A DNA stretch of 64,000 bases from assembly GCF_001194135.2 (NCBI RefSeq), contig NC_069004.1, positions 13,982,492 to 14,046,491 on the forward strand. The letters are read 5' to 3'. Position 1 is the first letter of the stretch; the number at the start of each line of letters is the position of its first letter. This document shows positions 39,612-53,339 of this stretch, in pieces. The stretch is from Octopus bimaculoides (Eukaryota). The notes under the pieces are model-generated. The model was not told the origin of the DNA, made no database searches, and was given only the letters and a program-made list of their open reading frames with translations. The translations under genes were made by a program, and so were the position numbers.

Positions 39612-41125
39612 ATGAGATGCATTACAGGAGTTTTGAGACTTTTTTAGGAGAGGCAATTATAAGTGTCCTAGATAATTGTAATTTAAACATATTATTTCAT
39701 CTAATAAGCCAATATTTTTTAAAAAACTTTAGCTTGAAGGAGATGGCTGTAACAACACTTTGAACACACTCTGCTAAACACTGCTTGCCACAGCTAACTA
39801 GTTTGCAAAATGGAATCGGGATGTGAAGACAATTTTGAAGGTCGCTATGGAATAAATTTTGTGTTAAACTGGGTGAAAACAATACAGAAACATATGCGGC
39901 GAGCTGGCAGAAACGTTAGCACACCGGGCAAAATTCTTAGCGGTATTTCGTCTGCTGTTATATTCTGAGTTAAAATTCTGCCGAGGTCGACTTTGCCTTT
40001 CATCCTTTCGGGGTCGATAAATTAAGTACCAGTTACGCACTGGGGTCGATGTAATCGACTTAATCCCTTTGTCTGTCCTTGTTTGTTTCCTCTATGTTTA
40101 GCCCCTTGTGGGCAATAAAGAAATAAGAAGCATATGAAATGCTCCAGGTTGCTTATGGATTAACTTGCATGGGCTGAGCATCTATTTTTCATTTACACAA
40201 GAGGATCAGGGATGGTAGAGAGGAGGTGAGAGATCATGAGAGATGTGGGAGGGAGAGGGACATCTGAAAACATCAGAATATCAAAGCTGGTTGAAACAAT
40301 ACACAATTTTCTGGATGCAGACCATTGTGTATCTATGAAGACAACAAGAATACAGTTTGGAGTTGATGTGGCAACTGTATACAGAATTATTCATGAAGAT
40401 CGAAACATGTGCAAAATTTGTTCCCAGGATGCTCAGTGTTGAACAGAAGGAAGGTGTACTGGTGACAGCAGGGAGATGGTTGAGTTTATTAACTCCAACC
40501 TAAGAGTATTTAAGTCTGGTAACCTGTGATGAAAGCTATGATCCAGAGGCCAAGAGACATTATGCCCGAAGGAAGGTCAGGCAATGCAAGACCACCATGA
40601 AGCTCATGGTGATCCCCTATTTTGACAGCAAGGGCATCATCTACATCCTCTATGTCCACTCTGGCCAGTCACTCAACAAAGAGTATTTTGTAGAGGTTTT
40701 GAGTGAGTTCAGGAAGAAATTTCATTGCAAAAGGCCAAAGCACTCCACTCAGGTCAGTGACACTTGTGCCAGGCAATACACCAATCTACAATTCCGTCCT
40801 TGTAACCAACTATTTGACAAAGACAGGCATCAAGACCCTCACTCTCCCTACAGTCTGGACCTTGCTCTCAGTGACTTTTGGTTGTTCATCAAGATGAAGG
40901 AGAGCCCCAGGAGTTGTTACTTTGAAAACATTGAGTAGATGCTGCTACAAAAACACCTTCACTGTGGTGGGATTTCATGGAGCCTCCATAAGAGGCTGAA
41001 GCACTACAAGAAGTGCATTGAATTCAGATGATCCTACTTTGAAGGAGATTGGAGTTTTATGCTTTTTTGAAACTAATAAATGTCTCTCCTGAAAAAGCCT
41101 CAAATCTTCTGGAATGCAGTGCAGT
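39612..41125 (+). mobile_element. Full-length decayed mariner transposon with a nested SINE
   Basis: TIRs tgcattacaggagttttgagacttttttaggagaggcaattataag vs the reverse complement of the 3' end tgcattccagaagatttgaggctttttcaggagagacatttattag. ATG at 39810. Transposase relics FCVKLGENNTETYEMLQVAYG, VTCDESYDPE, KLMVIPYFDSKGIIY, HSPYSLDLALSDFWLF and SYFEG. Confidence 0.9.
39897..40128 (+). mobile_element. SINE C2 (C head/core with alternative tail), nested in the mariner
   Basis: Flanked by a CATATG duplication. Tail taatccctttgtctgtccttgtttg...agccccttgtgggcaataaagaaataagaa differs from the other C copies. Confidence 0.85.
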
Positions 41126-42110
41126 GTGTGTGTGTGTGTGCGTGTGTGTGTGTACACATGCAATGTATACTCCCACACATACATAAACACATATACAAAC
41201 ATATAATTATACACACACACACACACACATCATTATTGTGTCTCCTTTTTCATGCTTGCATGCATCAGATGAGACTACACTTGGGCAGAGTTTTCTACAG
41301 CAGGAATCCCTCACTGATGCCAATCTATCACCTGTTTCCAAACAAGCCAATAATCTGCAGATTAAGATCGAACAAATAAACAGCCTTGACATGGTTATGC
41401 TGGGAAATGGAAACAGATGACATGGTTTGAACAATAACATGTTAAGTCATGTCAGGAAGCCTGGATGTGCTTTTATGATGGACTGCGAGTAAGCTACAGT
41501 GTTTGTATCAATGGTCAGGCTTTTGTTATCAATTAGCAAGCACACGTGATAACAAGGAGCATTAAAAATGCATTCACTGACACTTGCACACTGTCACATA
41601 CATGACAAGCTTTTCCACTTTCCATCAACCGATTTCTGTAAGAAGGCATCTATCTATCTATTTATGTCATCATCATCATCATCATCATCATCATTTAACA
41701 TCCATCTTCCATACTGGAATTGGTTGGATGGGTTGACAGGAGCTGCCAAGCCAGAGAGCTGCACCAGGCTCCATTGTCTGCATTGGCATGGTTTCTACAG
41801 CTGGATGTCCTTCTAAACATCAACCACTTTACAGATTGTGCTGGGTGCTTAATATGTGGCACCAGCATTGGTGCTTTTTTACATGACATTGATACAAGTG
41901 GGGTCATCAAGTAACTCGCTTGACAAGGACTTCTCAGCTTAGACAAGAAGTGGATCTGCAAGAAGTGGCATGGGGCCAGGCGATTGGTTAAGGTATAATA
42001 GAGGAGAAAGATGTATGTATTGCTATAGAGGAGACACTTGGCTACCCAGTAGGAAAAAAGAGGAGAGGAAGGAGAAATGGAGTTAGAGAAAAAGATTACG
42101 AGAGAGAGAG

Positions 42111-42148
<38 letters not shown>

Positions 42149-42165
42149 ATAGATGGTGTTGGAGA

Positions 42166-42265
<100 letters not shown>

Positions 42266-42529
42266 AAACTAAAAACATCCACCACACATTGTAAAGTGGT
42301 TGGTATTATGGTGAGAGGGGGATCCAGTCATGGAAGCCAAACCAAATCAGAATGGAACCTGGTGCAGCTCTGGTCAAACTGTCCAACCCATACCAGCATG
42401 GAAAACCGACATTGAAAGATGATGATGATGATGAGATATATATATACATAGATATCACCTGTATTGACCAGACTATCAGATATTTTACACTACTGGTTAC
42501 AATGTGCTTACAATTCCTACTTGGTCATA

Positions 42530-43065
42530 CCCTTGTTTTCCCATCTTGACCCAAATCATTTAGCTAAATCGCCTCCTCATTGTTGTAGAGGTGATCTTCT
42601 GAGTGGCCTTTTCTCATCTCTTGGATATCATTTGACAAACTGCATGGGTCCATCAGTTGTCTATGAACCCGACAACATCTCCAGCCCAATGGAACTTGTG
42701 CTTTCGGTATTCTGTGATTACGTCATTCACTCCGTTCCGTTCTCAAATTACATCAGTTCAGACATAGTCTTCCAAAGATATTCTTAACATGGATGTTTTC
42801 CATGCACCTTTGCATTGCAGACAATCAGTCTTGTCCAACTTTTTGTAGCAGCTCATGTCTCATGAGCACAGGTAGGATCATGCTAGTGAAGAACCTGGCA
42901 CATAGTGCTTTGAGCACATCTTTTCTTGAGGTAAATGCTTTCCATCCTGCTCTTATTTTTGATTTCAGCATCAATGTCCTGGTACATAATGGTTACATAT
43001 TCACTGTGTACCCCAAGTTGATGTACTTCTTTACTTTCTTGAATTCGTTACAGTGCAAAGTCAAA
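42530..43065 (-). mobile_element. Decayed RTE-1-like LINE fragment
   Basis: Piecewise translation gives KKVKKYINLG, DAEIKIRAGWKAF, AMQRCME, NGVNDVITEYRKHKFHWAGDVVGFIDN and YPRDEKRPL. Confidence 0.7.
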
Positions 43066-43769
43066 TAGCTATGTAATATAGAGAGATATATTATTGTCAT
43101 CTTCATTTATATATATATATATATATATATGTAGGTTGAATAAATACATACAAACACATACATACACACACACACAAATATATATGTGTGGGCGTGCATG
43201 TTTTCATGTGTGTATGTGTGTATATATATATATTATTTTCCTAATATATTTATAAATTAGTTCATTAGAGAAGTGATAGAAAAGAGACAGAGAGAGAAAA
43301 AAGACTGAAAGTGAAAAAGAGAGAGAGAGAGAAAGGAAAAAAGACACACACACACTAAAGATGGATCAAGATCAAACTTGCATCAGTTTAAACCACTACC
43401 ACCACCACCATCATCATCATCACAAACCAATAGTGAACATTATGATTGACTAGTATGAACTGTCCAGTTTAGTAGAGATGTCGTTGCTACACACACACAC
43501 AGCATCAGGTGTGTGTGTGTATGAGCATAACTGTGTATGTGTATCCATTCCATTATTAATGTTTAAATACCCAATTCTCACTCAGTTGTGATGGGTTGAA
43601 CGAGTTTGCAAATCTCTTTATGTATTTCTGTTCTGTGTTCTTTTCAATATTGGCGATGGATTTGACAGTTTTTACACCATAGCAGTTCTCTTTCTATTGA
43701 TTCTATGTCATCTTTTCTTCCATCGATCTACTACTTCCTAAATCTATTGATGACAATGTTCAAAAATAC

Positions 43770-44190
43770 ATGTGCATGCTTTCTTGTACACATATGTGTG
43801 TGTGTCTTCCTGCACATGTGCATGTGTGTGCTTTCTTGTATATACGTGTGGGTGTATATATGCGCGTCTTCTTGTATGTGTCTGTGTGTGTGTGTGTCTC
43901 TTCTTGTAGGTGTGTGTTTGTGTCTTGTACAGGTGTGTTTGTGTGCTCTTATACATGTGTGTGTGTGTTTGTGTCTTCTTGTGCATGCGTGTTTATACAT
44001 TCCTGTACTCATGTGCATTTGTTTTGCATGTTTGTGTACTCTTGTACATGTGTGTGTGTGTGTGTCTTCTTGTATGTGTGTGTATTTGATGTTTTTTTGT
44101 ACATATGTGTACATGTCCTCTTGTATGCACGTGAGTGTGTTTTGTATGTATTCTTGTACATGTGTCTGTGTATATTTGTGTGTTATGTCT
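43770..44190 (+). repeat. Degenerate (GT)n-based tandem repeat (gtgtgtgtcttcttgtacat-like units)
   Basis: Recurrent tcttcttgt and cttgtaca motifs embedded in (GT)n. Confidence 0.85.
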
Positions 44191-44752
44191 GAGGCGTTGT
44201 AGTTCTTGCGCGAGATAGATATTCCAGTAATAATAATAGCAACTCGAATCGATGCAAGAAAAGTCAAGTTTTGATCAGCTAAGCGTCTTTATAATCACAG
44301 AAGTGATTGTATTGAGGAAGAGAACTAGCTTCTACACAACTGATGGTTTATCATGAACTGATACACGAGGGAGGGGGTGGAAACAACACCAACAAAAAAA
44401 AACAAAAAAGAACAAAAATATCTACTCAAACATTTCTAAATATTTTCAAATGATTTAACACAAACACACACACATGCACACGAACATAACCTGAGTATTT
44501 CATGATTATATTGAATAAGATTTCACTCAGTTTTCATGTCATGACTAAAAATAGGAAGAAAATTAAAAAAAAAAAAAAAAGAAGTAGACAAAAGACAGAA
44601 GTTTGTGAATAGAAGGAAGAAAGGAAACAAAAGAGAAAAGGAAAAGAAAAAAAAAACTTGAATTGTGACATAAAAAGAAAATTTTAATGTGATAAGACAA
44701 TAAATAAAATAATTTAATTGAAGCTGGAACACAAGTAAAATCACGAAGAGAG

Positions 44753-44812
<60 letters not shown>

Positions 44813-44948
44813 GGAGAGTAATCAAATTTAAGAGCAACAACAAAAATGCCTCCTCCTCCTCCTCCCTACTTGTAACAAAAACACAAGTATAAGTAAGTTA
44901 TATATGATGGTATAATTGTGGCAGCATGTTAAAAGATATCCATAAAAA

Positions 44949-44987
<39 letters not shown>

Positions 44988-45145
44988 CAGTGTCACTGTA
45001 AAGAAGAAAATTTTGGAACTGATTTCATGCAGGAATTTTTCTGTGACTTAATCAATCTGGCTTTAATCTAGAAAAGAATGCCAAAAATTTGAAGTGATTT
45101 TAAAAGAATATCTTGTAATGACATAACACACACACATTATATATC

Positions 45146-45183
<38 letters not shown>

Positions 45184-46163
45184 TGCGCACACACAATACC
45201 TTGTGTGAACAGCTTTCTGTGAGATCTACTCGGGATTAAGAGTGCTGTAAGATGTAATATATTTAAATATCAAATTAAAAACTGAATTACAACAGATTGG
45301 AGTACAGACTACCCAGACTAAACTGCTCTAAATAAAGAATTCCTCTTTTTTTTCTCCCTCGATCATTCATTTTCACAGGTTCAAACCAAACATTTATTCA
45401 CTTATGTTATTAGTCTTACTCTATCTTGCAAGTTACTTAGTGTCCTTGCCAGTGCTGGTGCCATGTAAAAAGCATCCAGTCTACACTCTAAAGTGGTTGG
45501 CATTTGGAAGGGCATCCAGCTGTAAAAACCATGCCAAAACTGACCTCACCTGTCCTGGTACCACATGGAAAGCACTCAGCCCACTGTGTGGTGGATGGAG
45601 TTAGGAAGGGCATCCAGCTGTAAAAACCATGCCAAAACTGACCTCTACAGTGCTGGTGCCATATAAAATGCACCCAGCCCACTCTGTGTAGTGGTTGGTG
45701 TTAGGAAGGGCATCCAGCTGTAAAAATCAAGCCAAAACAGATGCAGAAGTATGGTGAAGTCTTTTGCCTGGCCAGGTCCTGTTAAACTGTCCAAGTCATG
45801 CCAGCATGGAAAGAGGATGTTAAATAATGATGATGATATCTCTCAGATATCAATATTTATGATGGGCTTGCTGCTACATGGGCAGTGAAGTGTCAAAAAT
45901 ATTAAAATATAACAGAACCTTGGTTTATGAATGCCTCTCATCACAAACTAATTGGTTTACAAACCATTTTTTAAACATAAAACATCTGGTATGATGAATG
46001 GTGTCTCAAATAATGAACACGCAAGCTGGCAACAAAGGTTTGTGACAAGCTTGGAGTAAAAGCCTGAGAGCGTCAGTCGCTGTCTAGCTTTCATTCAGTG
46101 CACTTCCCTGCTTGAGTTCACTGCCTTGTCTTAAATTTCCTGAGCAAAAAATAATTTTGGTTT

Positions 46164-46930
46164 ATGAAGCACGACCTTCGAACATTAGTCCTCACCGAGG
46201 CAATGACTTGTGACTGAGACCTTTGGAAATATGCTGTGCGTAAGAAGACCCGGCAAGCCAAGTGAGACCATAATCCAAGGCCTCTGCCAGGGGTGTAGCC
46301 AGCCCATTTATGCATACCTTTCCTTTATTGGACACTGAACTCTGCTTGCAAAGACCTGTTGAGGCAAGTGAAATCGAAATTGAACTAAATTCGATGACTG
46401 GCACCCATGCCAACTTGATTGGACACTAAACTCGGTTTGAGAAGACCTGTTGGGGCAAGTGAAAGCGAAATCGTGATGGCACCTGTACCAGTGGAGTGCT
46501 AAGAGCACCGTCCGAGCGTGATTGTTGCCAGAGCAGCTGTCTGGCTTCCGTGCCAGTGGCATGTAAATAGCACTATTTGAGAGTGATCGTTACCAGCATT
46601 GCCTTACTGGCACTTGTGCCGGTGGCATGTGAAAAGTCATTTGAGCGAGGTCATTGCCAGTGCCGCTGGACTGGCACCTGTGCAGGTGGCATGTAAAATA
46701 CACCATTTTGAGCGTGGCCATTGACAGTACCGCCTGGTTGGCCTTCGTGCCGGTGGCACGTAAAAGCACCCACTACACTCTCGGAGTGGTTGGCGTTAGG
46801 AAGGGCATCCAGCTGTACAAACTCCGCCAGATCAGATTGGAGCCTGGTGCAGCCATCTGATTCACCAGCCCTCAGTCAAATCATCCAACCCATGCTAGCA
46901 TGGAAAGCGGACGTTAAACGATGATGATGA
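46164..46930 (+). mobile_element. RTE LINE 3' end: ORF2 C-terminus + ~660 bp 3' UTR with internal subrepeats + (GAT)n
   Basis: MKHDLRTLVLTEAMTCD*DLWKYAVRKKTRQAK* (46164-46265) resembles the RTE C-terminal motif. The UTR ends caacccatgctagcatggaaagcggacgttaaacgatgatgatga. Confidence 0.8.
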
Positions 46931-47223
46931 AGATTTTGGAACAAATTAAATTCATAAACCAGCATTCCACTGTATTATATACTGACATTGCAGTATTTGT
47001 TCCAACTTTGGCACTATCAGTTTAGATCCTGTTGAAGTCAACATTGCCTATCATCCTCTCAGGGTCAATAAATGAAGTGCCAGTTCAGTACTGGATTAAT
47101 TATATTTTTTATCTTTTACTTGTTTCAGTCATTAGACTGTGGCCATGCTGGGGCACCATCTTGAAGCATTTTCAATTGAATGAACCAGTCCCTGTACTTT
47201 TTTTTTAAAGCCTAGTACATATT

Positions 47224-47630
47224 AGGAGTAGCTGTGTGGTAAGTAGCTTGCTTACCAACCACATGGTTCTGGGTTCAGTCCCACTGCGTGGCACCTTGGG
47301 CAAGTGTCTTCTACTATAGCCTCGGGCTGACCAAAGCCTTGTGAGAGGATTTGGTAGACGGAAACTGAAAGAAGCCCGACGTATATATGTATATATATGT
47401 GTGTATGTGTGTGTGTTTGTGTGTCTGTGTTTGTCCCCCCAACATCGCTTGACAACCGATGCTGGTGTGTTTACGTCCCTGTAACCTAGCAGTTCGGCAA
47501 AAGAGACCGATAGAATAAGTACTAGGCTTACAAAGAATAAGTCCTGGGGTCGATTTGCTCGACTAAAGGCGGTGCTCCAGCATGGCCACAGTCAAATGAC
47601 TGAAACAAGTAAAAAAAAAAGAGTAAAAGA
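47224..47630 (+). mobile_element. SINE A1, full-length, young copy
   Basis: Roughly 90% or more identical by eye to 2855-3262. Directly abuts an inverted older A1 tail at 47111-47223. Confidence 0.9.
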
Positions 47631-47991
47631 GACCTCTAGAACTCTAAGAGGAATCCCCATCTCTTCAGGGATCTCCGAAAGTACTTTTGTCCCAACGTGT
47701 AAAATCTCTCTCAAAGTCAGAATTTCTGCAGATATCAACATACAGAAGCTGAAACTGAACATTAACTACATCAAGCTCACCACAATGGGACCCAACAGAT
47801 CATCCACATTAAAAAGAGAAAAATAAAGAGGGTATGGAAGGCTATGGATATTTACATATCCTTCTCAATTTAAATTATTAAAAGGAAAACAACAACACAC
47901 ACAAAAAAAAAGAAAAGAGAAAAACCTAACACTAGAAGTCTATTACATTAATAGTGTTTAAAAGCAACTCATGTGTCAGCAGTGCTCAAGT

Positions 47992-48035
<44 letters not shown>

Positions 48036-48997
48036 CAGATCATGCCAAGAGGAATATGTGCAGTATAAAAACATCAAAGTGTGATATTTTCCTTTTTCTT
48101 TTATGTATTGGTGGTGGTGGCAGTGGTGGGCTATAAAAGTTGATCAATTATAGCCATGTTTGTGTATTGGTGAGATGAAGGAAATGTGTGTGTGTATGTG
48201 TGTGTGTGTAGAGGGGAGAAGGAGGCAAAAATAAATTTAAACAGGAAAAGTAAAAATAGATTTATTAGTGTACCATACCTAAATGAAAAAAGAAAAAAAA
48301 ACTCCATTTTCTTCTCTCTCTTTACAAACTATATCAGGAGAGTTTGATATTAATAATAATAATGACGATGATGATAATAATAATAATAATAATAAAAGAT
48401 TCTTTAATGCTTTTTTTTAATGTCAGTGCATTAACTAAATATATTTTAGAAATAATGGAAAAAAAAAAGAGACCAGTCTCTCCTAAATTGTAAAACTGAA
48501 GTTCAGTCACGGAGAGTGAGAGAGGGAGAAAGAAAAAGAAAGCAGATGTACAAATGCGTAGGTTTTGAGAGTGTGTGTATGTGTAAAAACACATCTATCT
48601 ATCTATATATCATCATCTGTTTGCTTTCCTGTGCTGGCATGGATTAAATGGATAATCGCAGTCTGAATTCATTTTTGTGCTGAGCTACTGCTCTCCTGGA
48701 TTGGTCAAGGATCACATGATGGTTGTTTGCAAGGAGATTGGCATGGATGGTCTCTATGACTCAATGTCCTTCCTATCATTAATCAATTTACAAAATGTAC
48801 CAGCTGTATTTTTATATCATGGCACTGTGACAAGAGAAGTTGTCTTGTGCCTGACAATACTAAAGAGTCTGCTCTGTGTTACATTTTCCCAGTTCCTCAG
48901 CTCCAGAAATGTCTTATTCCCAAGTAAGACTGAAGACTCTCCTCTTCTTTGCATTGTCATTGCTTGTTACCTTCATGGAGAGGAGGGAGTGATAGAA

Positions 48998-49080
48998 GAG
49001 AGAGCAAAGGAAGAGAGCCCAAGGAGTATGAGTGAGAGAGCAAAGGAAGAGAGCCCAAGGAGTATGAGTGAGAGAGCAAG
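48998..49080 (+). repeat. Perfect 36-bp tandem duplication
   Basis: gagagagcaaaggaagagagcccaaggagtatgagt twice, plus gagagagcaag. Confidence 0.95.
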
Positions 49081-49985
49081 AGAGAAAAGTAGACAGTTAC
49101 ATGACAGTTGTTGATGATGGGCTAAAAAAAAAAAACAATATGATAGACAGGCAGCTAGATGAATAGTTGGAAGGAAAACTGACATTGAAGTTAAAGTAGT
49201 CAGCACTATTCTAGAGGAACAGAAGCAAAAATTGCCCCAAGTCAATGAGCTTGCAGCTCAGGACCTGGAGAAGCAAGTCCATGCAAGCCAGTGTGATAGG
49301 GTACTAGACTGATGGTTCAGTTCAGTTACATAAGTTTGGTTCGGTCCAAACCTCCACTAGGTAGACAGGAAATGGGATGAAATTATGAGTGGGATGGGTA
49401 GCTACTTACATCATGAAATGAGTCCTGTGGAAGCTATCCCCAAAATGTTGGGCAGACCTGGTGAAAATATACATCACCTCCATTGTATATTACTTTCTGG
49501 TTGCCATGTCTTGCCTCAGTTTTGTCTTCCCTTATTGGAGCATCAGAGCATCTGCTCATTGATTTCATCTGAAAGGGGTACTGCATCCTACTGGTCAGGT
49601 GGTATGTCTGCTGCCAACAACTTCTGTATGGCCAGCTCAGTATGTCATGGTTGACAATGTATAGCCAGACATACTGTAAGGTTCACAGAGAACAGGCAGG
49701 CTTGTGCATTTGCTGAGTGGTATCCAAGAGATCAGACTCCATGATGATGGAAAGATGATTTAGTTAAATGATTAGAGCCAAGACAAATGACACAGTCAAG
49801 AAAGAATTGGAAGTGCACTATGACCTGTGATATATAACAACATCTGGTAACCTGGCAGATGCAGTGATATAAACATACATACACAACTACCATTGTTCTC
49901 ATGTGAGGCAAGATTCTTTCTATGTATTTGCTATTTCACCACCAACACTATCACCATTGCTGCACTGATGACCACCACAACCACC

Positions 49986-50019
<34 letters not shown>

Positions 50020-50615
50020 CTGCAGTCATTACCATTGCAAGATGAGATTATTTTACAAGTTGATATCTCAACAAATGTACCAATAAATAAACAAAGAAAC
50101 CAGAAAAGTTTATTCTGACAAGAATGAAAAGATAAACGATAGCAGTAACAACAACAACAACAACAGCAGTTATTGCAGAGATTTATGGAGAATGTCAGAT
50201 ATAAAATACGGTTTTAGGAGATGGTATTTATTAGTTCAGTGATTGAAGTTGTGTTCTGTCATCAAATCTAAAAGCTAAATTGTTGTAAAAGGTGAAATTA
50301 TTACAGCAGGTTACTATGATTGACAGTTTTACAGGTTGAAATAGGATAACAACAACATAAAGTCAGAAATGTAATATGTAAATAAAACATGAAACACTCT
50401 TCTTCTATTATTTATATGTTTGCTTAGTAGCTGGAATATATCATACACACACTTGTAGGATAAACGCAGCCACACACACAAATTAATGAGGAAAAAATTA
50501 ATAAAAAAAAAAACGTTTCCAATGATTGATAAAATATTTCTAAGCTCAACAACTACAGTCAATTTAGTAGACATATCTCTTATCAATTAGTAATAATATT
50601 TGTATTAAGAAACAC

Positions 50616-50660
<45 letters not shown>

Positions 50661-52689
50661 GCTGCTGCTGCTATTAAACGTGTTTATTTATTGTTGGTGT
50701 GAAGTAAACAAGCAATACAGAATTTTAGAGTGTGTGATGGCTCTTTGCTTGTTGGCAGTAAGTTATCCACTGTTGCTGCTGCTGCTGCTGATGATGACAA
50801 GAAGGAGGAGGAGGAGGAGGAGGAGTAGGAAGAGGTAGAGAAATGATGGTTAAAAATCAGTTAATCATTGATAATGATTAAAAGCTCATATAAAACATAA
50901 TCTGAAAAACGTGTAAAACATTATATACATAAGTTAAACAAAACAATTTGCAAAAAAAAAAAAAAAAGCAAAAAAACTAAAAATAAATTAGTAAAATTCA
51001 TTAAAAGTTAATTGTACTAGTTTAATGTCTGAGGTACGCCCAACTTTTTACTAAGCTTGCTGCCACCACCACCACCACCACAGCTGCAATAATGATAATA
51101 ATTTTCCTTTCTACTGGAAGCACAAGGCCTCAAATCTAGGGGAGGGGACTAGTTGGTTACATCGACCCCAGTGCATAACTGGTACTTATTTAATCAACCC
51201 TGAAAGGATGAAAGGCAAAGTCGACTTCAGAATGTAGAGATGGGTGAAATTCTGCTAAGCATTTCGCCCAGTGTGCTCACGATTCTGCCAGCTCGCTACC
51301 TTAATAATAATAATAATAAAAATAAGCCTTTCTACTATAGGCACAAAGTGAGAAGTTTTGGGAGTGGAAGCTAGTTGATTACACTGACCCCAGAAGGATA
51401 AGAGACACAGTTGGCTTCAGTGGGATTTGAACTCAGAATGTAAAGCCAGGAGAAATGGTGCTAAGCATTTTCTCCAGTGTCATAACAATTCTGCTAGCTC
51501 ACAGCCCTCTTTTTTATTTTTTCGGCCCCAAGTGAAGAAACAATTGGGGTGGGGTGGGGGAGGAATAATTAGAGCTATAATATAACAGTGCAGATATGAT
51601 ATGATATGATATGATATATATATATATATATATAAGTCAGTAAATGGTGGGGTTGTGTTAGCCGCACGTGGAGAAATAATAGGAAAATAAAAAATAATAA
51701 TAAGGCAGAATGCTAAATTGAAAGCATATTTTAATATAGATGTGCATAAGGAGGATTAAAAAGGATTTCTAACCGGCTTTCATTGCATGACAAATTTTCA
51801 AGAAGAGGAAGAATGAAAATGTTTTTTTACAAAAAAATAAAAAATAATATAAAAAAAAATAATATATAAAAAAATAAATATACCAATACATTATATTGTC
51901 TTTGAGCTTTTAAAGTTCAATGGTAATCCATGTAGATAATTGTTAGAAAGATTAGGATGCATGGAATTGAGAGTTGTGTTTTGTTTAAAAAAAAAGGGGC
52001 TGAAAGTTTATGTGTTAAGCAGGAAGTGTGGTGTCAAAACAAGAAGTGTGTGTAAGGGAAGACAATTCTGTGGGTTATATATATATCAAGGAGTTCTTTC
52101 TAAGTCCACAGATAACTGGTGAGCAGCTTTCTTGCAGACTTTGGATTTTCTCTCCAATAGAGTATTCTACAACTAGCTCAAGAGTTAACAAGAGAGACAA
52201 AGACAGACAGAAACAAGGAAAATACCCCTGGTATTTGAATACTATACAAATATGTTTTTAAAAAGACTTTCCATTTAAATTTGCCAAAATTTAATTCTTC
52301 CAAAATTTGTTATCCATATTTACAGTTGAAAAGATCTCAAGGATCGAAACCGGAACTGAAATGTTTTTTATAAAAGTATTTTAGTATTTTCTACCTTGTC
52401 TTTTTTCCATATATATATCTACTCATGTGTTCCTCTTCAACCTTTTACACACACACACACACACATACATGCCCTCACACTTTTTGTAGTAAGTATCTCC
52501 TTCTCTTCATGTCATAGGATGCAAAACTGTGTTTTAACTTTTGACATAAGAAGATGTAGTGTTTCAACAGCATAACTAAACTCACAGTATCATATGTGTG
52601 TTCTCCAGATACAATTTTACTATAAGGAAGAAAATATTTTCCAAGGTCAAACAGTTTGACTTTCACACACAATTTACATATACCAGACA

Positions 52690-53276
52690 CTATTGTAGTG
52701 ATATAGATACACAAATACACACACACACACTCCAATTATTTTACTTATATAGATATACAAATACCCATACTATCTCATTTTAGTAATATAAATACTCATT
52801 TCTAGTTATATAGATACATAAACACCTCACATGATTATTTCACTTATATAGACATACAAACACTCACATCATATTATTTTAGCTATATAGATATACAAAC
52901 ACGTTATTTTAGTGATATAATTTCACAAATACCCACATGATGCATAAACACCCCACACTATCATTATAGTCATATAGATATACGAATTTCTACACGATAT
53001 TGTTTTATTTATACAGATACACAAACACCTACACCATTATTCTACTTATATAGATATACAAACGCACATTGATTACTTTAGTGATATAGACACACAAATA
53101 CCCACACGATATTGTTTTATTTATATAAATACATAAACACCCACACTATTATTTTACTTATGTAGACACACAAACACCCACACAATTTCATTTTAGTGGT
53201 ATAGATACACAAATACTCACACTATATTTACAGTGGGTATTTGTATACAAAAATGCTCACACTAGAATCTCTCTCC

Positions 53277-53339
<63 letters not shown>

